In this document: in pieces, positions 1 through 13,463 of the stretch
Layout: each line of letters begins with the position of its first letter
How positions within the stretch are numbered: position 1 is the stretch's first letter
Assembly: GCF_006345805.1 (NCBI RefSeq)
Contig: NC_043013.1
Location: forward strand, 46,252,001 to 46,316,000
Reading direction: 5' to 3'
Length of the DNA: 64,000 nucleotides
DNA from: Octopus sinensis
Taxonomy: Eukaryota
Position numbers and translations under genes: made by a program
Notes under the pieces: generated by a model
Told to the model about the DNA's origin: nothing
The model's database searches: none
What the model saw: the letters and a program-made list of their open reading frames with translations, nothing else

Positions 1-9
1 CACACATAC

Positions 10-56
<47 letters not shown>

Positions 57-229
57 CATATATACAACAAGCTTCTTTCAGTTTCCGTCTACCAAAATCC
101 ACTCACAAGGCATTGGTCGGCCCGAGGCTATAGCAGAAGACACTTGCCCAAGATGCTACGCAGTGGGACTGAATCCTGAACCATGTGGTTGGTTAGCAAG
201 CTACTTACCACACAGCCACTCCTGCGCCT
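1..229 (-). mobile_element. SINE family A, 5' half (truncated by window edge)
   Basis: Matches other A copies: ctttcagtttccgtctacc...cacagccactcctgcgcct. Confidence 0.9.
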
Positions 230-257
230 ATGTTAAAAAAACAATAGTATTTTGTTA

Positions 258-462
258 ATGTGGTGAGACGGGAGAGTTGTTAGCACATTGGACAAAAGGC
301 TTAGTGGCATTTTGTCTGGTTTGACATTCAGGGTTCAAATTGCGGCAAGGCTGACTTTGCCTTTCATCCTTCATGGGGTGGATAAAATAAGTACCACTGG
401 GGTCAATGTAATCGACTTACCCTCCCCTGAAATTACTGGCCTTGTTCCAAAATATAAAACCC

Positions 463-503
<41 letters not shown>

Positions 504-521
504 AACAATAATAATAATAAT
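258..521 (+). mobile_element. SINE family B (degenerate, (ATT)n tail)
   Basis: ggttcaaat B-box, gactttgcctttcatccttc core, ccctgaaattactggccttgttccaaaat 3' module. Confidence 0.8.
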
Positions 522-590
522 ATATGTATATATATGTACATACATACATACATACATATATATATGTGTATGTATATATATATATATATG

Positions 591-643
<53 letters not shown>

Positions 644-653
644 ATATATGTAC

Positions 654-687
<34 letters not shown>

Positions 688-737
688 GTGTGTGGTGTGT
701 GTGTGTGTGTATATATGTATATATATGTACATACAGA
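522..737. repeat. Compound (TA)n/(TG)n/(TACA)n microsatellite
   Basis: Direct reading. Confidence 0.95.
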
Positions 738-789
738 TATGTATCTACATTGTGGAGCCGTTATTTTAATGAGTTGTATCTATTTATCA

Positions 790-925
790 CCCAGTGAGAC
801 ACATCTGCACCGCCAGATGCTTCCGAACCAGTTGTTAAGGGTCCCACCTGTGAGGGATCGACACGAGATGGATCGAAACAATTGTTGAGATTAATAAAAA
901 TTCCCATATTTTCTATCTTCCATTT
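790..925 (+). mobile_element. Penelope-like terminal-repeat fragment with degenerate hammerhead-like core
   Basis: ctg-tga ggatc...gatc gaaac aattgt t gag followed by attaataaa, the layout typical of PLE terminal repeats. Confidence 0.35.
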
Positions 926-3900
926 ACCATATTTATGTGTGTGTGTGTATGTGTGTGAATATACTATTTAAAACGCTATGATTTGGTTTCGTACTATAAT
1001 TTTTGCAGGCCTCTAATGGGAGCCGACTCCTTCAGGCTTCTGGAATATGTATATGTATGTGCATACACACACACACACATGGTAAACTGAGTGTTAGTCG
1101 ATTAGTACATTCACCTATAGCAGTGTTTTAGTGAAACAAATACAAATGCAAAGATGTCGCCTAAGTGGAAAAAAAAAAAAAATTTTAATCCTTAATTTTG
1201 GATTTGCCACATGCACACATCTTTAAAATGTATATACTTCCGGTCCCCTGTTTTTTTACAGCCAGATGCCTTCCTGGTTGCAACCCCCTGCCTGCTTATC
1301 TTTTATTTTAGATGCATGGAGTGGACAATTTGTTGATGGGAGAAGTGACAACATCGACTCCACTTGAAGTGGGTTGCTGTCATAATGTAAACAAAGAGGC
1401 AGGCACACACACATGCACACGTGTTAACACATACACACACACACACATGCACAGACATATGTTTTTATATGTATGTACATATGTGTATGCGTGTTTTTGT
1501 GTTTGTTTACATCTGTGTTTTACTGATAGCCACAAGCTACAAGCAAGCGATGTTGTCATTCCTCTTGTTAACAAATCATCTCTTGAGCTTTTACAAGCCT
1601 TGAAGGCAAATGAATGAAATATGCCTCCTTGCTTGAAAAAAATAGCTAGCTAAGTGCTAATGACGGGAAGGGTATCTGGCTGTAAAACGAGGTCTTGAAA
1701 ATATATCCATCTAACACATGCTAGCATGGAAAAATGGAAGTGAATAAGAAATGAACAAATATTCTTTTAAACAAAACACACAGACACACACACATACGAA
1801 GTAAACACTGATATACATTCAGCTCATGACTCATGCAGTTAATTGAAGTTTCCTGCTCGCTTAATCAATCAGATAGGCCCTGTTATATGAACTGTTCATG
1901 AGATAGAGCGAGTAGAAGCGTAAGGCATCAACTGAACAAATAAAAGTTCTATCCTATATCTTGTATTGAAGACATATATTTTAGGATAAATAAGAATAAA
2001 CATTCATAAGGATTTGATAATTGCAAAACTTTACTCCTGATCTAGAATACACAGTCGGAAATGAGTGATGGTCTACCTAGATTGTGTCATGTTTTGTAAG
2101 ATGCACATTTAATAGAACTGTCAACAGCGATTGTATTTACCTAACTAAAGAGTAATACATCTGACAGTCATTACCATAGCAGCTCTCCACTAGAGTAGGT
2201 GGTGGAATTAATCAATGACGACTATGATAACCAACTTATCTTGAAATAGAAATTAATGAGAGGAAATAGATTTTGTTTGTTTGTTTTTTTTTTGTTTTTT
2301 TTTTTTCGAATGCTGCTGGCTTAAGATTATCTTCAACTTTTTATCCTTTACAGAATTATATCCATATGGAATTAAGAATTAAAGAACATTGCTGTGTTGC
2401 ATAGGTATGGTGAGAGTTGCATAATAGTAGAGAAGCTAGTTTTCATTTTTCTTTATAATAGCATGAAGAATATTTTTATGCAATCATTGGCAAGATGTGG
2501 AGGGAGTGTCTGGTGTGGAACTGTAACTATACTACTATACTTATACCAATTCTTATTCCAGGGGCATAGGCCAGCATTAGGTATAATTAGAGAAAATGAC
2601 AGGAAAATTTCTCAGATAACTTTAGACATAAGTGCCACACATGGATAGCCAACTGAAGGTAAATATTCATCCTTTGACAGAGCACTAATGAGCTTTAGCA
2701 AATTGATGAGGAAGATATTACTGTTATAGAAGCAGATTTCAAAGGACCTCAAAGTGAAGCTAATAACTGGTATACAACATCTTAATCACAAGGAATCAAT
2801 ATGTAATATTTACTTTTCACTTGGCTTCTTTTCAAAGACAGAAAGAGGGGGGAACAAAAAAAAATCTGAGTTTACATAATGATTAATTCCAAGATAAACG
2901 TATCAGCCATTTGTGTTATATCTGGTACGATGAGTATTTTTACAAGTGAAGAATTATTGTTTCACCATTGCAACTGCCATGGCAGGAATGAGATAGGTTA
3001 GATCTTATCTGGTTGGTGTTTCAACACATTTTTATTGCTGCATGTTGAAATATTCAGCTAAAAACTTCCATTGATTGCTTTAATATATTGTTGTATTCAT
3101 TTATTGTGGAATATCATAAAAAACAAAAAAAAATTATGGAGTCATTTCAAAGCATCTCAAAATTGTACGTTATATTGTTAATCTGCGACAATATTAATTT
3201 TAACTTCATTAAATAACATGGCTTCATTGTTGTTCTTCATAAAATTAGACGTAAAAAAAGGATTGAAGAAAATCTTTCATATTTGGTACAAGCAAGCTTG
3301 CAAAAGATCCAAAAATGAAAATAATCAGTACAAAGCCTGGGTTTCGAATTTAGCTTAAGAGCTATTTTGCACAAAAGCGCTGAAAGTTTAAATAAATAAG
3401 AGACTTTCTAGCATTTTAAATTGATACTTGCTCTCTGGATGACTCTAATCTGTCTTTGTCTATTAGAATTTGACAGGAATCAACTTAGTTAATTTAAAAT
3501 CATGTTTCTCATGTAGATGAAATATTTATTAAGCAAAGGCAGAAAGTAAGAATAATATCCACTGATTCTTTTAAATATGCAGTAAATTAAACAGAATACA
3601 TAAAAAAAAATTTTTTTAAATCTATTTATGTATATCATGCTTCATCCAAATATTTCATGAAACTTTCACATTCAGATTAATCAATCAAAATAAATTTTTC
3701 ACATTTTCACTCCTCATACATTCTAAAGCAAACAAATTCAGTCAACATCATCCTTCTTTCTCTGATTTAAATCTTTATGGCGAAGAAATTTACACCTAGA
3801 GAACTAATTCCAAGAGTCTTCGTATCAATATTTAATTACATTAGTTGTTAAATGCAAAATATTAATATAAAAGCTATTTGTAAAAAAATATTTCAGTCTT

Positions 3901-4535
3901 GAGAAAATTAAGAAGGAAAAAAAAAAAAAGATATGAAAATAAATAATATGGGATATTCTTGTTAATATTTGATTACAGAAAAACATAATTTAGACACAGC
4001 AGGAAATTAAAATATTATTTTCGGTATACTAATAATACTTTTAAGTTAAAAAAAAACGGCGCTAATTACATGGACACAATATGAAGTAACGACTGCAAAT
4101 TTTTAATTTTGTTACAGAAAATAAGAAACTATTATCATTGCCAATATCATCTTATTTTGCTATATTCTTTTTGCAACATTGCAGTACAAGAGTCTAAATA
4201 TAGAAATAAAACAAACCACATGTTGGAGCTTAGTTGATGATGAAGGGTTGGTATTGCCAAGTATATAAACATAATTTAACATAAAAAGATACCACTACAA
4301 GGTAATATTTAATTGTAAGCTGTGAGTAGATGAGATGGCACGATAGAAAAGTCTTCACTGAATTTAAAAAGTTAAAAAAACAAAAAACAAAACTAACATT
4401 AACCAATAATTAGTAGATACAATAGTGTCAAAGAGACTTAACCCTTCTGTTACCATACTTCTGGTAAAATACTCTAGCTTTACTTTAATTAATTTTAAAA
4501 ATAAAGAATTTAACAAACACTATCATTATTAAGCT

Positions 4536-5047
4536 CGTGTGAAGGTGGTGAGCTGGAAGAACTGTTACTGTGCTGGGCAAAATGCTTACTTACTAACTTA
4601 TACTTGTGGCGACATTCACCCTGGGCGGGTTGAGTCGGCTTCTTCTACTCATGGAAGAAGTTTCGTGGGAATATGTGGATTTCACAAGCGGTCCCCAACA
4701 ATCCCGCATGTGGAGACATCCTGTGTGCCGCAGATTGTCCGCAGACGCAGGGACAGAACGACCGAGGAGCCGCCGGTTACCAAAACAGACACTCCGAGGA
4801 TTTTCACCAGAGCCCTGTCTGCCGGGTTGTGGCCCTAATACCACTCGGTGTCAGACCAATACGCCTTGGGTGGCCCTACCTACCAGGAACCGAAGTTCCT
4901 GATGTTCTGAGTTCAAATTCCAATTAGGTTGACTTTGCCTTTTATCCTTTTGAGGTTGATAAAATAAATACCAGTTAAACACTGGGGTCAATGTGATCAA
5001 CTTAACACCTTCCCCGAAATTGCTGGCCTTGTGCCAGAATTTGAAAC
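4536..5047 (+). mobile_element. SINE family B with 12-bp target-site duplication (TSD), itself interrupted
   Basis: Identical TSD cattattaagct at 4524-4535 and 5048-5059; head gaaggtggtgagctgg; body ttctgagttcaaattcc...gccttgtgccagaatttgaaac. Confidence 0.85.
4589..4901 (-). mobile_element. GC-rich insert with an RTE-type 3' end
   Basis: Minus strand ends gccgactcaacccgcccagggtgaatgtcgccacaagtataagttagtaag (EADSTRPG* frame), homologous to the RTE end at 46911-46960. Confidence 0.7.
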
Positions 5048-5800
5048 CATTATTAAGCTGGTGTTTAGAACATATACCAGCAGGGAATTTTGATGAAAAG
5101 TTTTGAAACTGAAAGTATTTACTAAAGAACCAGTGGTAGTCACTTTCAGGCAGTTTGGTACCAAAAGGGTTCAAAGTTATTCTAAATATAAGCTGCTGTT
5201 ATAAATGTAACAAAAAATGTCTTTTTAACTTTTTATGTTTTTCCATGTAAATCCATTGACAGAATTCTTTGTAAAGCTTTAACAAGATAAGAATATAAAA
5301 AATTTTTTTTTAATTATTTAAAGTAAATCATTACGATCACAGCAGTAAAACACTTGGTAATCAAACAAATGATAATTAAATTTTCTCTAGGCACATCTTT
5401 ATCATAACCAGTGTCTACAAACCAAGATTTGTCAATATAGAGCTGAGTATTGCCTTGTTTGGAATAGGCATGTAGCCAATGCTATTGAGTTTATGGTTGA
5501 TAAAAGATTACCAAAAATACTTAAGAACTCACACATCGCTATAAATTGATTACAACACAAACACATTCTAGTTTTAGCCAATTGATGTAAGCATAAGAAC
5601 AACTTTTTAAAAAAGCTCATCAGTTATTTGCTAAAGTCAAATGTACTTTGGTTTCTTCACTAATCATCTATAACTTCACTAATAATAACAGTTGGCTCTG
5701 TAATGAAGATGCTATATGACCAATGGTGGTCTATCTAATAGTACGTTTATATATTTGTTGTGCAAGATTTTTCATGTGAAGTCGTGTGTTGAAACAGATA

Positions 5801-6024
5801 TTGTTATATTTCGGAATGGTCAGTTTGCCAGTTTAGCCAATAAGAAAGAAGAAAATAAAGGACCACTGATGCAGTCACAGGTGTGTGACGAAAGAACTCT
5901 GGCCGAAATAAGATTAAGATTAATGTAAAAAAATAAATAACACTGAAGCAAAATAACACCAAATATATAGTGCGTGTGTTTTTATTGGCTAAACTGGCAA
6001 AATGACCATTCCGAAATATAACAA
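5801..6024. mobile_element. MITE with 43-bp terminal inverted repeats (TIRs)
   Basis: ttgttatatttcggaatggtcagtttgccagtttagccaataa (5801-5843) pairs with 5982-6024 with one mismatch. Confidence 0.75.
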
Positions 6025-6469
6025 GGTCTATCTAATGTTTTCGTAAATAAATTCTAGTAAAGAAGAATCCAAACATTTATTCCAACTGGTATGGTAAATA
6101 CGCCTATCTTTTCAAAATTGTTAACACACGTAGACTTTTACTTACAACTGTTCAGCAACTTAACAATAATAGTGAAATGTGATATGATTACACATACACG
6201 CGCGTGCACACACACACACTCACACGAGGTGGTGGTGGTGGTGGTGGTGGAATGAATATAAATTGAAATAAAAAATCTTTCAACTAGTCTGAAGGAGATA
6301 GCAGGCCAGTTACTGTTAAGAGTGAGATAATTGTTTGTACAGTAACATTACTGGTACTAATTTTATCACAGAAGGATAGAGAACACCAACGCTAAAATTT
6401 GGTGCCACACTATTTCTGCCAAAAACCGTGGCCCTTTCAGAACTACTATGGTTAATATAATTAAATCAT

Positions 6470-6830
6470 TCACATGCATGCATGCATACATACATACATA
6501 CATTACATACATACATATGTACATACATACACAAATACATACATACATAAATACATACATACATATGTACATACATACATATGTACATACATACATACAT
6601 ATGTACATACATACATACATACATACATACATACATACATAAATAAATACATACATACATACATACATACATAAATACATACATACATATGTACATACAT
6701 ACATACATACATACATAAATACATACATATGTACATACATACATATGTACATACATATATACATACATACATACATACATAAATACATACATATGTACAT
6801 ACATACATATGTACATACATATATAACGGG
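6470..6830. repeat. (TACA)n tetranucleotide array with TATG interruptions
   Basis: Direct reading. Confidence 0.95.
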
Positions 6831-9006
6831 AAGCTTTATGAAAATAAACAAAAGACGAAGGCAGGTGGAAAACAAACGAACAATTGTATTAGTATGGCGC
6901 TCAGGAAATATAAATAAAACAACATACATACATACATACATACATGCTGGTGTATTACATGTGGAGTGGGTACAAGTACAATCACACAGATTCAGCTACC
7001 AGTTGTAACGAACTAATTCATTTTGTTAATAGGTTTAGGAAAGGCATGACTGCCATCTCTTCCTTATTCAGCTCTCTAAAGCCAATAAGGGTGACCATTC
7101 ATTGGTTTACAAGTGAAACTCCATTTAGAAAAATTAAAACCCTAATTATCCTTATAAGTGTATGGGATAGAAGAGACACAAACCTGTGGCTGCCCTTTCC
7201 CTCTCTCTCTTTCTCACAATACACACACACACTATCCCACCTCCTTGTCCCAGATGTCTGCTTGTTTCCTGACAGGCTCAGAGAGGAGATGCAAGATCAG
7301 ATTACTGCATGATATATTCAAAAACAAGCAATGCTTCATCACCAAACAATTAATACATAATGAGACAGGATCTTTCTAATGAGGTAGGAAGGATTTCATA
7401 TATATTAATCAAGATTAGGCAGAAATAATCAAGATTAAAGAGAAAGACAAACAAGGAATAAATATGAAGGTGTATGTTTGCATGTGGTCACATGGGTGAA
7501 TAAGCATACATGTTAATAAAGTATATACATACATATATAATAAAGTATATACATACATATGTTAATAAAGGATATACATACATACATACATATATATACA
7601 CACACATATATACATAAAGATATATACATGCATACATGATGAACATAAAGAACAGAGATGTTCTGTATTCAAGTAGATAATGATATCTCTTCCAGGTCAA
7701 CATAATTTAAAATTCCTAGCTTATTTCTTTTAGCAGGAGCGAAACTCGTCATTACAAGATATTCTTAAATCCAATCAAAATTACTCAGTAGCTATACATG
7801 TTATTCCAGAAAAAGGATTCTAGAAGAACAAAATAAAAAGGAGCAGAAATTCGTCATGAAAACCTGCATTGTTTTTACCTTCCAACTGAATAGCAGAAAA
7901 TGTTGAAATAATTTCTCCATTGAAATATTAAAATTAAAGTAGATATACAAATAAATTTCTGTTTAACGGGTGTTTTAACATGAAACATAGCCACACAGAG
8001 CAGCAATAGTGAGAGGAGAGGAATTTTAAATTTAATATCAAATTAGCCAAAATATATAACTCAAATTAGGAAAGCGTGTAAAAAAAAGAAACAAATGTAA
8101 AACCAAAAACCCCAAGTACTAGCAGGTGCAGAATTAATTCTATGCAATAAATCTTTAAGAAATGTAACAAAAAAAAAAAAAAAAATGCTTAAATATATTT
8201 ATGACGAAGAATATAGTAAGAAAGTCGAATAATATTTGAATGCAGAAAGGAAATAAATTGTTTAGAAGAAATTTTGGAAAACATTACATTAGAAAATTAG
8301 TTTTTAGTTTTTTTTTTTTTGGTGTTATTTTTTTTTTTAAACGTACACTACATTCGAACTAAAATATAGTGGTCACTTACAAAATAGAATAAATGGAATA
8401 TTTCCATCACAGTACATTTAAACTAGTGAAAATATAACATATTAGCTTTTGGGGCTATTAGAAGCATTAAAGCTTAAGATCTGGTTTCAGTCTAAATTAG
8501 AATATATAACAGTTGGGGCGAGTTTCTCTATGTTTTGTCTGCATTTTGTTTTTTGTTATTTTTTCTTCTTCATTTTTTTCTTTCATATTTCAGATTGAAA
8601 GCAGTTATTTTAAATGATGTCAAATAAAAAATAAAAAAAATATCAAAAAAAATAAAAAACTGGACAATGTAATTTTGAAGAAAAATCAATAAAGTTCTTA
8701 ATTTGATTTTTATTTAAGATGAATATACAAAAGAATTAGATGTTCATTGGTGTAATAAACCTCTAGATGCATTAATGTGGAATTGTATTTGCATCCTATT
8801 TAGATTATATATTCTTACCAAAAGAGAGCCAGCATATACTGGGAAATTACTGCTGCTGCTACTACTACTACTACATTTTGAAACTCAACTGAACCCATTT
8901 TACTGATGTTACAAAAGCCTTTGGAAAGACCAAATGTCATAATTTTCAATTGACCTCCCTCTATTAACGAGAGGTTTATAAGTTATCAGTAATTTAAACT
9001 TTGGTT

Positions 9007-9048
9007 TTATATATATATACATATATATATATACATACATACATATAT

Positions 9049-9090
<42 letters not shown>

Positions 9091-9173
9091 TATACACATA
9101 TATACATATATATACACATATACATATATATACATATATAATATATATATATATACATATATAATATATATAT

Positions 9174-9204
<31 letters not shown>
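9007..9204. repeat. (TA)n/(TACA)n microsatellite
   Basis: Direct reading. Confidence 0.95.
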
Positions 9205-9462
9205 TGTCTCAACAAAAATAGTCTGGAGTTTTAAGCTACTGTATTCATTCTTATCTGATAGAGTAAAATTACTTGGGAGGAGATCAGAGTTTGTTACAGA
9301 TACCATACAGATAAAGAATAAAAGCATATATGCCAATTTTAGATTAGTTCAAATGTGTTTGTAACCTTTTTGAACCTGTAAAGACTTTTTCCCTGCAGTT
9401 TGCCTTGGGAAACATATTCTCATGCCCCCACACACAAATTTGTGAATAATACATACATACAT

Positions 9463-9832
9463 CTTTCTTTTACTTGTTTCAGTCATTTGACTGTGGCCAT
9501 GCTGGGGCACGGCATTGAGTTATTTTTCAAGTGTAGTACTTATTCTATTGGTCTGTTTCGCTGAACCACTAAGTTACAAGGTATGTAAACACACCATTTT
9601 GTCAAGTGGTGGTGGATGACAAACACACACACAGACACACACACATAGATACACACACACACACGTGTGATAAACTTCTTGCAGTTTTTATCTTCCAAAT
9701 CCACTCTCAAGGCTTTGGTCAGCCCAAGGCTATAGTAGAAGATACTTTGCCCAAGGTGCCATGCAGTGGGACTGAACCTGGAACCATGTGGTTGGGAGGC
9801 AAGCTTCTTACCGCACAGCCATGCCTGCACCT
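9463..9832 (-). mobile_element. SINE family A
   Basis: cttttacttgtttcagtcatttgactg tail, central (CA)n, head ending gcctgcacct. Confidence 0.85.
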
Positions 9833-10540
9833 ATACATACAAACATATATATATATATATATATATATAGTAAAACTAAAAGGACTTTTCTCATGAAAAT
9901 AGTCACCATAACTCGCAACATAGATTTGTGAAGAACTTTATAACAGAGCATCTAAAGTATTCCAGAGGTGAAAGGGTAATGGTGTTAATATCAGAGGTAT
10001 TTGAACTTTGAACTGAACATGGAATGAAAGTACATCGGCTAATATTTATGACAACAACATGGAGAAACTTAGTACAGATTATCATGTTAATTTATAATTA
10101 ATTATATATTTAAATCAGAACAACAGAATATTGATACAAGATGTAATGTGAAAAAACTTCCTTTAAATATGATGCACAAGTGAAATTATTATATATGAAT
10201 GGTTAGTCCAGTAGATAAGAGGAGATGGGGGAAAAAAATCACACACGAAAAAGAAAAAAAAAATGTCAAAGAAACAGGCTGTCATGCAGGTGAGTGGGTG
10301 AGTGAGTGGGTGAGTGAGTGGGTGAGTGAGTGAGTGAGTGAGAAAGTAAAACAGGAGTGACAGAATTAAAAATGGTAGAACCAGGAGTAGAGAGTGTATT
10401 GATGCTTTTTCGAGGAGAGAAGTTTTTAGAAAGCATGACCACACAAAAAAACAAAAAAAAAACACAGGAAGACTAGGTAAATGTGAGAGACAGATCTTAT
10501 TTAGTATATTCTGCAACCAGTTATAAAAGGTTTGTGTAGA

Positions 10541-10584
10541 AGTAGTAGCAGTAGCAGTAGTAGTAGTAATAGCAGTAGTAGTAA

Positions 10585-10620
<36 letters not shown>

Positions 10621-10648
10621 TAGTAGTAGTAGTAGCAGTAGTAGTAAT
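10541..10648. repeat. (AGT)n trinucleotide repeat
   Basis: Direct reading. Confidence 0.95.
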
Positions 10649-11777
10649 CAAATCATATTATTTGGCTGTGTGTCTAGTGATTGTTCTAATATAAGTAATA
10701 CAAATAGCTTGCTAGCAGTCATGCACAGATCTATTTGCTGTGGCCCTAGAGAAGGGGACGGCCTGTCACTTAAGCATTGGCGCACATCAGTACTAGGCAA
10801 AAACATGCGCAGAGCTTACTTTTAGTTGATTTCAAATAAAGTGGTCTGAGTATATATCAATCCATAACATGGGTATGTTATTTTTCCAAGGCCTGAAAGT
10901 AGAACGAAAACTAGCTATAGTTTAACTGGCCTTATTCAAGCAGTGAATCAGCTTACTTATATATATATATGTATATGTATATATATATATGTGTGTGTAT
11001 GTGTGAGTGTGTGTATGTGTAAAAAATATAAAAGAGAGAAAGAGACATATCAAAGAAGAAGAAGAAGAGGAAGGAAGATTCAGAGGTTGGGAGAGTCAGA
11101 CAATGGATGAAGTGTTTAAAGTTCTGAATATTTTAAAATAAAATGAAACATTAATGAAAAACAAGGATTGAAAAGAAAGGCAAATACTACGTGAGGGGAA
11201 GGAATTGAAGGTATACAGTCATTTGAAGTTAGAATGGGTACAGTCGGTTTGTCAGGTAAATAATATTTCACTTGAGCAACGTAGAATTATCAAAGATCAT
11301 TTCCTACTTTCGGCATTGTGGAAGAAACAATAACAAAATCTGAAGAACCATACATTTTAGAAACCAAACAGGGTAAACTTTGCATTAGATGTGTGACTAG
11401 CTAGAAATAATAGTCAAATCACTCTGAAATCACAGCTTGGCATCTCAAAATAGTAATCAGAAAACAGAACAGCAAGGACACAGTGTATAACAATAGCACA
11501 AGATAACATTTAGAATAAAATGATTTGAGTAAAGGCATGGTAGGATTGTCCATCTGATCATAGGTCTATAGGATGAGGAATGACCAATTAAACCAGTCTA
11601 AGAAATATCCAGCTGGTTAATCTTTACTTTTACCTATTCCATATCTTCTGCTCTGACCTTCCTATCCATCTTGTTATTCATTATGTATCCCTTTATTATC
11701 TTCACTTATTGGTTTCTGGGTTCCAATGTCTTTAAGGATCTTTAACCAATTTACATGAACTCTAGAACTTAGTCTGT

Positions 11778-11991
11778 TCTTTTATTGTTTCACTTGTTTC
11801 AGTCTTTTGACTAGGCCATGCTGGAGCACCACCTTCAAGGGTTTTAGTTGAACAAATCGACCCCAGGACTTGTTCTTTTTTTAAGCCTAGTTCTTATTCT
11901 ATCAGTTTCTTTTGCTGAACCACTAAGTTATGGGGATGTAAACACACCAACACCAGTCGTCAAGCGGTGATGGGGGACAAATAGACATATT

Positions 11992-12024
<33 letters not shown>

Positions 12025-12223
12025 TACACATACATACATACATACATACATAGACATACATGATAGGCTTCTTTCAGTTTCCATCTACCAAATCCACTCT
12101 CAAAGCTTTGGCTGGCCCAAAGGTATAGTTGAAGACACTTGTGCAAGGTGCTATGCAGTGGAACAGAACCTGAAACCATGAGGTTGGGAAACAAGCTTCT
12201 TACCACACAGCCACACCTGCACC
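11778..12223 (-). mobile_element. SINE family A
   Basis: Colinear with other A copies. Confidence 0.85.
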
Positions 12224-12580
12224 AACAGCCACATTTTTTTCTTTTTTTTTCCCCTATCAATCTCTATCCATCAAATGGCTGAGTTCACCTATTGGATTTA
12301 ATCCCTTTAGGAAGTCACCTCCTCTCAAGGAAAGAAAAAATATACCACAAGGTGCTTACACTAGTGAATACAGACACATATAAATATGCGCATGACATGT
12401 TTCTTCACCGTTTCCATCTAACGAATCTCACATACAAAGCTTTGGTCACTTATTTGCTGACGCAGTCATAAAAGAAACTTGTCATAGGTACCATGCACTG
12501 GGATTGAAACTGGAACTACATGGTTGACAAAGTGAACTTGTTTACAACATTGACACACCTGTGCTCATATATGTATGTAA

Positions 12581-12801
12581 TTAATCCTTTGACATTTAGA
12601 CCGGCCATATCAGGTCGAAATATTCTACATCTTTTAACTGACCACATTCGGCTTCTCACACCTACCATGCAATGCCATTCTAAAAACATACAATCACGTC
12701 ATTGAAATCTAGAACCAGTGAGACAATGCATGATTAATTCAAGCCAATTCGAACGAATAAACATTATGCGTAACAGAATAATCCGAATGCTAAAGGGTTG
12801 A
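12581..12801. mobile_element. TTAA-flanked piggyBac-like MITE family E
   Basis: ttaa|tccttt...aaaggg|ttga; internal similarity to 29951-30177. Confidence 0.7.
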
Positions 12802-12843
12802 TATTTAGTATAAAGTATATAGTGTTTGTGTGTGTGTGTGTTA

Positions 12844-13070
12844 TAAAGGCTGTGGGCTGGCAGAATCATTTGCATGTTAGGTGAAATGCCGAGTAGCATT
12901 TCACCGGTTTTTCCATTCTGAATCCAAATTCTGCCAAGATCAACAAAATAAGTACCAGTCGAGCATTGCAGTCCATATAATCGACTTAGTCCCCCCAACC
13001 CCGCTGAACTTGTTGGTCTTGTACCTGCATGACTCGAGTGTAATGACTGAGACCAGTAAAATAATAAAAT
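12844..13070 (+). mobile_element. SINE family B (old)
   Basis: gctggcagaatca head; aaaataagtaccagt...taatcgactt core. Confidence 0.65.
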
Positions 13071-13126
13071 TCTACTTGCACATACTCACATATACACCTA
13101 ATCTTTTATGATTCTTCCAGACTTAT

Positions 13127-13463
13127 CATCATCATCATCATAATTGTTCGACCGTGGTCGAGACAATGGAATTTACTATGTTACGCCAAACTTCACGGTC
13201 CATCATAGAACTACGGAGGTCCTGTTGCTGGATGCCTGTATCCCTGGAGATTACATCAGGGTAGGAGAGTGTGCACCCTCTGGTATCGCGAGCAGATGGC
13301 TTCCAGGGGGGAAGAGTAGAAATTACCTCGTTTTCAGCTCTACAACAATGTCCATGATACAGGTGGTAATTTCCCATATATTTGTACTTTGGTTGGATGA
13401 TGCTTCCACGAGAGATTTTGAGCTCTCATAAGGAGGCGAGTGTAAGTTCCATCCAACCGCCTC
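13127..13463 (-). mobile_element. RTE-X-like LINE 3' fragment with (ATG)n tail
   Basis: ORF track: RRLDGTYTRLLMRAQNLSWKHHPT...YPDVISRDTG...DREVW; flanked by tccagacttat at 13116 and 13464. Confidence 0.8.

Larger units (their letters stand above)
4438..5173. mobile_element. TTAA-flanked piggyBac-like MITE (family D), interrupted by a SINE B
   Basis: ttaa|ccctt at 4438 and aaaggg|ttca at 5173; internal sequence colinear with the D copy at 30371-30604 once the insert is removed. Confidence 0.7.

Noticed and set aside
4604-4620. LTR start or primer-binding site (tgtggcgac)
   Set aside because: Better explained as the reverse complement of an RTE 3' end; no paired LTR or TG..CA ends.
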